DNA from: Nymphaea colorata | Taxonomy: Eukaryota | Direction of reading: 5' to 3' | Assembly: GCF_008831285.2 (NCBI RefSeq) | Contig: NC_045138.2 | Span: 32,054,001-32,118,000 of the forward strand | Length of the DNA stretch: 64,000 nucleotides | Shown here: positions 47,901 to 59,900 of the stretch, one piece after another | How positions within the stretch are numbered: the first letter of the stretch is position 1 | How the letters are laid out: each line of letters opens with the position of its first letter | Notes under the pieces: generated by a model | Seen by the model: only the letters and a program-made list of their open reading frames with translations | Database searches by the model: none | What the model was told of the DNA's origin: nothing | Program-made: the position numbers and the translations under genes

Positions 47901-50900
47901 TTTCTGGTCGGGCCAGGCCAGGCTGGCCCGATGCCCAGGTTTACTCAAGTTCAACAACAAGAAACAGTGGCTAGTCCATTACACGATTGAACGAGCATAG
48001 ATCCATCTTGAAACATGACAAAACTGCCTTTTACATGTGAAAATCTTTAGAACACGTCACAACTGCTTTTTAAACAAATGCAAGTGAACAACAATTTGCA
48101 ACTTGTTCAACTGCCACAGAATGTTCCACATGAAGTTTGCACAATAACAGTCAAACCTATGTAACACGGGTACTGCTCCAAAGGAGCAGTACCAGTACCG
48201 TACCGGTACGGGTACGGGTACGGCGTTGACCGTGTCGGGAACGGTCAAAGTACCCGAGGTCGAATCCGACCATTTTCAGACTCGGCCAAAGTTGACCGAG
48301 TCCAAAATCGTCCATTGCACGTTTTAAAAAACCATTTTTTTCCCTCTCTCTCGCACGATGCCTTTGCCCTCTTGCCTCACCCCTCTCGTCCCTTGCCCTC
48401 TCGCCCCTTTCACCCCTCTTGCCTTTCTCATCCTCTCCCCCCCTTGCCCCTCTCATTCCTCGCCTTTTCGCCCCTTGGAACTCCCAAAGGACAGATTTTT
48501 TGTCTTGAAATTCTTAGTATCTACAAATTTTGGATGATGATTTAATGATTTATGAATATGCTATTTTGTTTGTAATTTTTTTGATATATATATATATATT
48601 ATATATATATATATATATATTTGTGTGTGTGTGTGTGTGTGTACGGCCATACCCCCGCACCCAAGTTTTTGGAAAATGATTTGTACCCGTACCCGCACCG
48701 GTACCCGCACCCGTACCTATGTGACAGAGTCAAACTGAATTAAAAGAAGAATTGACCTGTTATCTAAAAGAAAAAGATATGATGAAACACAAAACAAAGG
48801 AAGCACACAATAGAAACCAGAACCAAAAAGCATACCAGGTGTCAGCTTTGAGAGCTCTGAAGCCACTTGTATATCTTTGTCTCCACCAACAACAGCTGGT
48901 CCCTCGTCAATTTTTTCCTTCAAAGAGACCGTGATATCTATACCTAAATCAGGAGTAGAGTCTGAACCCAAAACAATGAATCACAAACAAGGCTGAAATT
49001 CATGACACTAATGCTTCATTTATCATCTGCAAGCTAGTATCGAGAAAGCAAGATAATTAACTACTAGACCAAGAACAGCAAAGTGCATAGGTCACATGCC
49101 CAGGCCAACATAAGAGGCTGTGTTGCATAGAGTCTTCAAATAATTAATACTTTTATATACAAGCAATAAAAGAAGGGAGAAGATAGGCACCACCAATACA
49201 GTTTCTTATGCAGGAGATAAATCTACTGAAGTGTAAAACTAATTGTGGATAAAGGCAAAGTAGGAATATCAGCTTGTAAGGAACTAAGGATGAAGATATT
49301 GAAAACAAGGAGCCCAAGCAGAAAAAAACATCTTTACGGCATTACCTTAAGTGAACCAAGAAAAATTTCTTAGTTTTAAAAGTTCAAAGTCCAGACAACT
49401 TAAAGTAGCCTGAGAAAAAAAGAAGAGAAATCAACGGATAGGATCTAGATTGTGCGTTCTACAAATAAGAGTAGTCAAATAGTTTTGTAGGTTTTAGGTT
49501 TTATATTCACAGCCAGTTGCAAATGTTTCACATTCTTTTCCAATGGAAGTTTGCTTGCCTTTTACTACTTCAATTTCCAGTTCTTGCTTATCTCTTGAAA
49601 AACAGCAGTATACTTCCCATGTCTTTTATTACTCAGCCCAAATCACAAAGAAAATTCTGAAAAGGCAAAAGGCCTTCATCCCAGTGAATTGATCCACAAG
49701 ACTAAGGATGACAGTTTGAACCAGATTATTCAACAAACCTCATGGCCTGTGAACACGAAATCTTTCTGTTTTAAAAAAATTGTGAAAAAAAAAAGTTACA
49801 CAAATCCCAACAAGTAACCGAAATAGTCTAAAGACTCTAAAACAAACTGGGCTGCTGGCAAGCCAAGCCTTGGTTGGATTCTTCTCCCAGAACCAGTCCA
49901 AACTCCAATCGACCGACCCAATATGTGCTACGCCAGCCTTTTATACACCCCCAGAAAAGATATCATTGCTCAAGTTTTCATTAATTTTGTTTGCTCCTTT
50001 ACAATTTAGTAGAAGGCCCACATTAAACATTGAGGGTCATATGAGGACCAATTTTCAGAAATAAAATTTTCTAAATCTCCAAGGCCAAAGCTTTTGCAAG
50101 TTCAGAAACATGTAAAGCTATTATGCGAAAGTTTTAAGACTTCTAAGCTTGACTAAATCTCAGAAGAAAGGGAATGAGCAATAAAAAAAATAAGGGACAA
50201 AAGAAACAAAAGAAAAGGAACAAAATAAAGGAAGGAGGAACAGAAAACTGTAAGAAAGAAAAAGGAAGAAAGTGAACCAAGGAGAAAAAGGGAAAGGATA
50301 AGGGAAAAGAAAGAAGACAAGGAAGAACGGAAGAGTGAAGAAGACTGGAAAGTAGGAGATGAAGACAGGAGTAAGAAAGATTCTTTTACTAAAAGAACAA
50401 TAAAAAAATGGAAGAGAAACAAAAAGGCAAGAGACTGTATCTGTAATCTAATTGCCTTTTTTTAATATTTCTAAGATTTTCTTAAGAAAAGCTACTCAAA
50501 GTGGCTCAAATACTTGGATCAAAGAGAGAGAGGTATGCAATAAAACAAACAACTCACCTGCTTTTGGCTTGGCATTCAGTCGGACGCTTACTTGATTTAA
50601 TGTTCCAATATCACGGAAAAAACGTGTCAATGTAAAGGCTGCATCTCCAAATTTTGAGTAACACTGTGGAACTTGATTTAGTTAGATCATAGATGCCATC
50701 AATCTTGAAATTAGTCATTTTATAAAGCTAGTTTACAAAACATTGGCATTATCTAAAGGCTGCTGGTACACACAAAAAAATGACTATTTGCAAAACATAT
50801 TGATCCTTTTAATGTTAACAACATACAAATCCTTGAAAGAGGAAAAATTATGGGAAAAACAGAAACCACTTGGTCTCATTTGTTCTACTCAGTGGCACAG

Positions 50901-53900
50901 CAACATCAAGAAGATACAAAACTTTGAATAGGAGAAGGAAGAAAAATAAAGGAGTTAAGAGCATGTTTGTTTTTGGCCACAGAACCAGAAACCATACATT
51001 TGCTTTCTTTAACCTATGATAGGTCAAAGACTATGTGTATGACCCAACAAATGCAGCTTTAAAGGGCCTGAACTTTTGAAGGGCGTACTGGAGAATCACA
51101 AGCTATGCCCTTCCTTGGTTTGTCCAAACTATGATCATTCTGTGCTTGCGACGACTGACCAGGAGTCATAAGAACCATGTATTTTGGGAGTCACAGGGCA
51201 AAGAAAAAAATGCTTCAAGAAAAAATTTTACAATTTCATATAGCACTTGGGTCTGTCATCAAACTTAACAAACTCATCTAGGGGTGTACCATTCAGAAAA
51301 ATGTGAGTGCATCATGATATTTGAAACTCTTGGCAATGCACCAATATCAAAAGAAACGACAAAATAAGACCTTAACATGAGGTTGAAGCCAAAGTGGCAA
51401 CTGACGCTGACGATTGTATTGTGAAAACCTGCAAAAGCAAAAAGATCTAAGATCCAAGTCTACAAGTTTAGGTTAAAATGCAAAGAGAAATTACTGTTGA
51501 CATTTCCAAGGTCTTAGGCCAGGAAACGATAAATCTTGCCTCTTGCATTTAAATTTTTCAAGGATTCAAGATATAGCAATTATGTTGTTTCAGGATGTGT
51601 AGCCAATGCCACACCAATGCCAGCAGCACCCATGAACTTGAAATCCAAAAGTCTTCAAAGCCACAAACAAACAGCCAAGAAGAGGCACAACTACTATAAC
51701 TTACTGTGACTAATATGAGCTGGAGAATAACAGAGTACATGAAAGTAATAAGATGGTCCACTTAGAAATTCCTTTACAACATTGTCAAACAAAATACAAG
51801 AGACACTACATTTCTTTTCTAAAGATTAGGAAAAGTGGGAGCAGTTAACAGAAACATGAAATGGTTCACCAAAAGCGACATGAGAAGCAGAAGAGAGGGC
51901 TGGGCGTTAAAAAACGCTGAAGCAGGGAAAACGTATGCTCATAATACAAAGGTACAAGCAAAAATAAAGGTAAGTGAACATGGTGGAATATAAAACGTAA
52001 ACAAATGAAGAAAAGTAGTAAAAAGTAAAAAAAAAGGGAAAAAAGGAACTAAGTGTATCCTTGTGATAGTAGAATATCATATGCATTCATGTTAAAAAAA
52101 ATTTAAATTCCATTGAGGAAGTGAGGATAAGACAGCAAAAAATAATGAAAATAGACTAAGTAAAATTGAAGCATGTTTCTCAATGCACAAGAAACAAGCT
52201 TCAAATGAGAGACAAATTTCCCCAAGCTTCCTCCTTTAAGAAAAGGTTGGAGATTTAAGCTCCCTAACTATGTGTAGGGAAGCAAGATACCCCATCAAAT
52301 AGAAGCTTCCAGTAACTATGAATGAGAATCTTCATGCTTGAAATGTTTATATAATACACTGATAGCCTCTTCACCAGATAATGACATTTCAGTGGATAAA
52401 AAGTTAAAAACTGACCCAAAAAAATGCATCTTTATATGGACTCCAAAACAGCCGGAATCCATGAAGATCAGGATTTACAGATTAGACATGGTTTTGAAAG
52501 TCCACAGGAGCGTAAAAATGATTTCATGGGCATATATGAGTTTTCATGTATTGGCTATATTGGCTAAAAGAAACTGCAGTTCAGAAATTCAAGCCAGTAT
52601 TACAGACTTTTTTGGTGAGCACATCTAAGAACTTAAGTGTGTCATGGGACTAGGATCTGCAAATGTATGTAGGAAAGGAAAAGCACAATACTGAAAGTCA
52701 TGGGGAGTTCACATTTAAATATGGAAGATTGCTAAAGCACAGTACCATCCACAAAGAAGATCACATCCAGCAAGGGCAAATACATAGATTCCATGAATAA
52801 AAACCAACAATTAATACTTCACAATTAAAGAAGGTGAGACACTGTCATATGAGAAAAAGAGCTTTCAAACAACCATTTCCCTTACCTGGTTAATTATGCA
52901 TGTGTAATGCTACAAACAGAAAATATTGAAATAAACATCACATCAATAGTGACAGACTTAAGAGCATTTGACCACTCTTAAAAGGCAACCAGCTAATTAT
53001 CTCATTCAGCTTAGCCAGTCAAGAACAACTTAATCTACTATTATCTAAAGATAATCAAGTTATGATTTCAACCAGGTAGAACCCATAAATAAATTATATG
53101 AATATCGAGTCACGGGGTTATCTTTCAGATGCTTAACTGATGCCTTGATGGTAAGGGCAATAAACCAATGATCACAGAAAAAAATATGCTGATTTACTAC
53201 TATTACAGGATTTTCTAAGCTAATCGATCAGTGCATATAATGAATTTAAGGTGATGTTAAAATATCAGATTAAATATGACCAGCATAACCTTTCATCACA
53301 AAAAATAATTGCACCATAATCATGACGATGCCGGATCACCCGACCAATTGCTTGATTCACTGCCCGTGCAGCTTGTTGGTCATACCATGCATCTCCAGTC
53401 AAAACCTGTCAAAAAAGTAATTACGTCCATAGTCAAAACTAAAAGTTCACTAGGGCTCATACTATTCAAATGAATGTCAGCAGGTAAAGTATTTTCTGGA
53501 AGTAAATAATACCTTAGCATTTCTTTTTTGTGATGAAGCCTGTGAATCCAGGTATTCACGTTTCAAGCGGACCTAAAGAACAAAAGGGACTACAAAGTTG
53601 AGAGAAGAGACTGGCTATAAACTCCAATATTTTAGGAAGAGAAAAACGAAAAAAAAAAACATTTCCCCTGAAATTAACTAAAAAAGGAACACTCGTTCCA
53701 AGAGAAAGCTAAGATGCTACAAGTTAAACAGCAACACCAAGAAACATGCAAAAACTGACAGATGATAAGAAGCATGTAAAACGGCAGTTGTAAATTGAAG
53801 CATGCAAATGGTGAACTTTTCAAGGACCTACTATTTACAGCCAATTGGTTAGGAGCTAATTCTACTCTCCTAGATCCAGACTGGCATTTATTTGCAACAA

Positions 53901-56900
53901 TGTTGTAAAAAGCATACTGTAAGCCGTATCGGTCTGGCTTTAAGATACGGTGTATCGTAACATACAGTAATTGTATCATATTTTAAAAAAAAAATTAATT
54001 AAAAAAAATCTGAAAAAATCATAAAAAATTAGTAAAACTTAACGTATCGTAACGTATCGTACATGTATTGTAACTGTATCATAACGTATCGTAATTGTAT
54101 TGTATTGTATTGTACCTATATCGTAATTGTATCGTTATATGTCGTAACTGTATCGTACGATGCGGGGCTTGTATCGTAACTATACGATACAGGTGGTGTA
54201 TCGTATAGCATTTTTGAAACATGACGATACGTATCATACGATACTGCCATGTATCGTACGATACGTACAACACTGATTTGCAGAGGATGGCATGAGCTTA
54301 TGAATGTTCCAGGAAGATCACACTTGCATGCAATGTTAAGGATATCTCGATATATCAGTGAAAAATACACATTACATTTACATAGTAATTCATTTTTGCA
54401 TCATCTATAGTCAAGCTGAAGGATGCACACAACAGCAGAATAGGGGAGGATCAAAATCCACCACAAGATCATGTATGTTTTTGTGACCTAATAACATGGA
54501 AACGTAAGAAGCAACAAAAGCTGCAATCTCTAATATTAAATATCGATAAGGAGCATAATTACAAATATCCCCAATATTTTTCTGAAATTATGGCCATTTT
54601 GTTGCCAACCAGTAATATCCACCAAAATATCATCACCAAACATGACAAATATGATGATGTTATAGCAATATTGTCCCAAGATATTCCCTGAGACAAGAAA
54701 AAATCCATAAGTTGGACGTATTTTTTTATGTTTAAAAAAAAATATGTCTTTTCATATTTTGTGAAAGAAAAATTATGGAAAACCTATTATCTCATAAATT
54801 CTTTTGTGTTCTTTGTAGTCAAGTTTTAAAGCTTCCAATTTTTTCTGAAAGGAACTTCAAAAAAAAAAATCTGGTCAAGGCATTGTGAGAAGGAAACTGG
54901 TAACTAAGATAACAGAGTATCCATCTATGGCCCAAGGAGCCACTAAATTAAAATGCACCAGAATAATTAATTATATTATTTCAATAAGATTTGGTTACTT
55001 AGCTTCCTTCAAAAGCAGCACAAGGACCGATGGATGCCGGCTAGAGTAAAGAAGAAGCAGTATGATTGTAGTACGACAAACAGTCTAAACCATCTTACAT
55101 TCAAGACCTTCACAGAAGCTGCATTACTCATGAACTTCAAGTTATTTCAAAATGGTAATGAAAGTGATCTACAACAATGGAATGGAATGAGCAATGGAAT
55201 TAGGGAAGTAAACATTGATATAAGCTTTCAGGTTCTTTTCATTTAATCTTCAGTGCAGCATTACTCATGATACTTTAACAAATAGAAATTATATTCAACT
55301 TATGTCCACTTTTACCTTTCCACCACATATGATATACACTCTACCTGACTGCAGAGTTGCAATTTCTAGTGCAACATGCTATAATTTAATTTCATTAGAA
55401 GATAGCTTGGTGATTCAATTACAAGAAAGAAACCAGACTTTGTTCAACTGTCTTAAATGATATTGCATGTGAACCAATGTTATAATTGGAAGTCAAACCT
55501 TAGCATCAGACCTCATAGCATATGGAATACCAGTAATGATGACAGCTCTCCCAGCATTGTCAGCAAAGTCCAAGCCTTCACTTACCTGCACATATGATTT
55601 AATTTACTTTTTTTTCCATAGAAAACCTTAAGCAAAGATTACTTATAACTGAAGAGACATCTTGAAGATGAGGAAAATAATCAACTCTGTTTAATTCTAA
55701 TGATATGAAGAACATTTAATTTTAAGATTACTTTATGTTCTTTGTCAAAATCAAAACATCAACCAGACCTGATTTGCATTAACTTTTCAAGTTAGGCTTT
55801 TTTATATCAAAATTCAAAGTTATGTCACATGGGTGTGGATGCAGATGAATGTGTGGGACAAGGATTAGACTCATAAGCAACGTTGGAAAAGGTGCATTTG
55901 GAAAAGGTGCATTGTAACGCATATCGGTCGGGCTGACCTATAGGTCGTATCGCTAATCAACAAAAATTAATTTTTTAATTCAAAGAATATTAAAAAAAGA
56001 GAAAATAGACAAAAATTATAAAAAATCTAGAAAGTAAAGAAAAAATCAGAAAATTTCAAGTCTCAGCTTCTTTCTTTCCTCTTTTATTTTTTTAAAAAAA
56101 AGTACATACATATAATTGAATTAGCTTTGGTGCTAGTAATTTTTTATAAAATGATTATGTGACACATGCACATCAACATAAAAATCATGTTTTTGAAATG
56201 TAAGAAAAATGCAAAGTGGAAGTGGATCACATTTAAGTGTAGGTTCCACATGTTTTGTTAGCAATTTTTTTTGGGAACTTCATCTCATGGAGGAGTAGGA
56301 CAAGGCCAAAAACAAACAATTTCAGTCATGATCAAGAAAGTGGAAAATGAATTTTGTTGATAAGCTTCTTCTTAAAGTTATTATAATGAACAACTTAACT
56401 TTCAACAAGCTTCGATCAGTGGATTTCAAGAATTTTGTTGTTAGTGCTACAAACTTTGGCCCATGATATATTCTCCCAAACAGTGAAACAACAAAGAAAA
56501 AACTACTAGATGAAGCAAACAAAGATGTCCTATCATATGTTGATGGAATGAAGAAAACATGGACACAGTGTGGATGCACAATTATGTTTGATATTTGGAA
56601 AGACACGATTAGAAGCAGATCCTATATAAACTTGTTGGTGAGCTCTCCAATGGGCACCATATTTTGGAAGGCAAGTCATGCAGAAAAACGTCCTAAAAAT
56701 GCAGAATTTATAGTTGACTTTTTATCTTCAACTATAGAAGATAAAATATAATTATAGAAAGGTAAAATACATCTTGTGCTGCCCATTGTATTGACTTAAT
56801 ACTTGAAGACATCGATAGTTTGGAAAACGTGGCAAGTATCATGTGCAAAGCAAGGCAGGTTGTCAAGTTCATATATAATAAGCAACAAGCTTTGATATAA

Positions 56901-59900
56901 TAAAAACTTACACAAAGGGAAAGGAGTTGAGGAGGCCTGGTGTGACTAGATTTTGCCTCTCAATTTATTTGTTTGGTTTATATCTTAAAACAAGAAGAGA
57001 GCCTCAAATTTATGGTTGCCTCCAATGAATGGAGACATGTAGAACACCCTGAAAAGAATGATGCAAAAGAACTTACAAGTCTCATTCAAAGTGATGATTT
57101 CTGGAGAAAGGGAAGAGAAATAATCAGGTTTGTTAAACCATTAGTGAGAATATTAAAGATGATAGATGGGGAAGGGGCCACTTCGGATTATTTATATGAA
57201 GCACTTGATAGAGCTAAAGAAGCTATCAAGAATGCAAACAACGACAGGAAAGAAAAATATATGCGATAAGAGATGGAATCTATGTCACCAAGGTGTGGGG
57301 TGCGGGTGCGGGTGCGGGTGCCCATGTCGGTGCCGGTGCGGCACATCTCAAAAAATTTAGGTGTTGCGGTACGACGAGAGTATTTATTATTATTATTATT
57401 AATTTATAATAATAATTATTATTATATATATATATATAATATATGTGACAAAAAATTTATCTATAGATCACAAAAATTATTAAATAACAAAATCAAAATT
57501 GCAATTTGATAACGAGGGATTATTACTGTAACGATTTTGGTTTTGGGTAGGTTGGATGGATCTGGATCGAGACCCGGACCCGAACTCCATCACTCGAAGA
57601 GGAAGCCCGACGCAGATTCCCCTTCTCTTCCTTGTCTTCCTCTGTGTCTCCCCCTTCGTTGCCCTCTCATTCCTCAGGTGAACATTCGATGCAAAGAAGA
57701 AGGTGGAGGAAGGAGCAGCGACGGCGGCGGCGGTGCAGTGCGGCAGCGATTAGGGTAACTAGGTTTTTCTCTCTCTCATCTGTTCCCCCCTTCCTTCTCA
57801 CCCTATCTCACCTGAGCCCTCTCTGTCTGCACTCTCTTCCTCCCGCGCTCCTCACTCGCCCTCTCTTCGTCTCGCCTTCAATGCACCTCACCCTATGTCA
57901 CAAGGGTGCGGGTACGATATGGGTATGAGTACGGGGACACGACAATTTTCAAAATTTTTGGATACGCAAACACGGCGAATTTATATTCTAAAAAATGATA
58001 AAATAAAATAAAAAATTAATAGTTCACTCTTACAATCTCATAAGAAAGAAAGTCTCAAACAAAACATTGTTTATCACAAAGCCACATCTGATCTGCTAAA
58101 ATGCTAAAAACAAGAATAACCATGCTGAAACTCCAATAGGAAAAATCATACAGCAGGCCATAGACACTCAAACAGAAAATCCCCAAATCGGCAAATCCAA
58201 AAACACCGTCCACAACATTGAAGAAGAGTTAAGGATCAAGATCAACGGATTAACCGTCCAATCTTCAAACAAAAACATCCCCAAATCGGCAAATCCAAAA
58301 CAAAAAAAAAACAAAAAAAACAAAAAAAAAAAAACCAAATCAAGAACATGAAACCCTAAGTTCTAATTTCGAAAAGAAAAAAAAAACCACTTACTTGTTT
58401 GCTGCCGGCTACTGCCGAACACCACCAGACGTCGTCGCCATTGCCCGCCATTGTTGCCAAACTCTCTACTGCAACAGTCGTCGGCGGTGAAGGTTAAAGG
58501 TCGAGCGTGGTGCATAAAAAGAAAGTCGAGGGTTGTAAAAAATCGGGTTAGAAAATTGGTTCGGATCGGATTTGACCCAAACTTGATCCAAGTTGTATCC
58601 CACCGTCCACGTGTCGGGATCCGCGTGTCGGCATATCGAAGCGGGTACGCAGGCTATTTTGCCCTGTCTGTGTGTCGTAGCCCTCACCCTTGCTCTCTCT
58701 ATTCTCCCAAATCGTGTCGTCCCTCTCCCTCTGTCTAGAGCTCTTGTGTCGTCCCTCTCCCTCTGTCCCGAGCTCTCTCTGTCTGTCTCCCCTCTCTGTC
58801 TGCACTCTCGCACTCCTGCAAGCTCTCACGCCCTCTCTTCTGCATTGTTCCCTCCTTCGCAACTATCTCGCTCTCTCTCTCTCTCTCTCTCTACCGCCCT
58901 CTCCTTACCTCGGTGCGGTTTGGGTGCGACCTCCCTAACATGGTGCGGTTTGGGTGCACATCTGAGTCGCACCTGCGCCGCGTTGACGCTGGTGCAAGTC
59001 CACAATAAGTGCACCTTGGTGACATAGGATGGAATCGTAATTGCAGAGTCTCATACATGTTGCAGCAACTTATCTAAATCCTCATTTGTTTTGGAATAAT
59101 ATGGTATGAATGGATGAACAAGTTCGGAAAGGTTTAGACTTAGTAACAAAAAAACTTCTTGCTCATGAGGATTATGCAAAAATGGGTCTTGAATTGATCA
59201 AATATCACAACAAAGATCCTACATTATTTCTTGATGGGTTGGCCATGAGTGTTATTGACACTTCTCATCCACATAAGTGTCTTACTTTTGCTGAATTCTT
59301 TATGATTGGTTAATATTTTATTTACAAATTTACAACTGTATAGTTCTCAATTCTGTTTGTTTCTTTCTTTAAATTATGTAAGGTATTTGGTGAGATATAT
59401 TTGGATCTTCTGTGCCCATTCTTCAAAGAGTAGCAGTCAAAATTTTAAGCCAGCCATGCAATGCACCAGCTTGTGAAATAAATTAGAGTGCACTTAAAGC
59501 TGCTAACACGAAGAAGAGAAACAACCTTTGACCATCTAGATTAATAGATTTGATATTCATTAGAATGCATATGCATTTGCAAAGCATGGCTGCAGAAATA
59601 AAGAAGATAAATACAAGTCCAATCTATATTGACCATGTGAATCCATTTCCAGAAGAAGAAAATATAGAGGTTGGGTTGTCTTCAGATTTAGAAGAAGAAA
59701 AAGATAATTAAGAATGCTGACCAAGTCGAACAAATGAAGAAGAAGACTCTACTTCATGGGATGAAGATTAAGGATTGATATGTTCTTCTTTTGTAGTGAA
59801 GAATGACTTATTGCGTTGTAAAGCCATGAGGGCTATAAACTTGATGTTACTTATGCATTTGTTTGTTTGCTTGTGTTCATTTTCTAATTTTCTTTGTTAT

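Noticed and set aside
50160..50430. Long purine-rich tract with a Phe/Leu/Ser ORF on the minus strand
   Set aside because: Low-complexity intronic sequence with no coding evidence.
53925..54270. Regularly spaced GTATC repeats suggesting an array
   Set aside because: Subterminal repeats of a TIR/TSD-bounded MITE; no repeat-spacer structure, and the context is eukaryotic, so not CRISPR.
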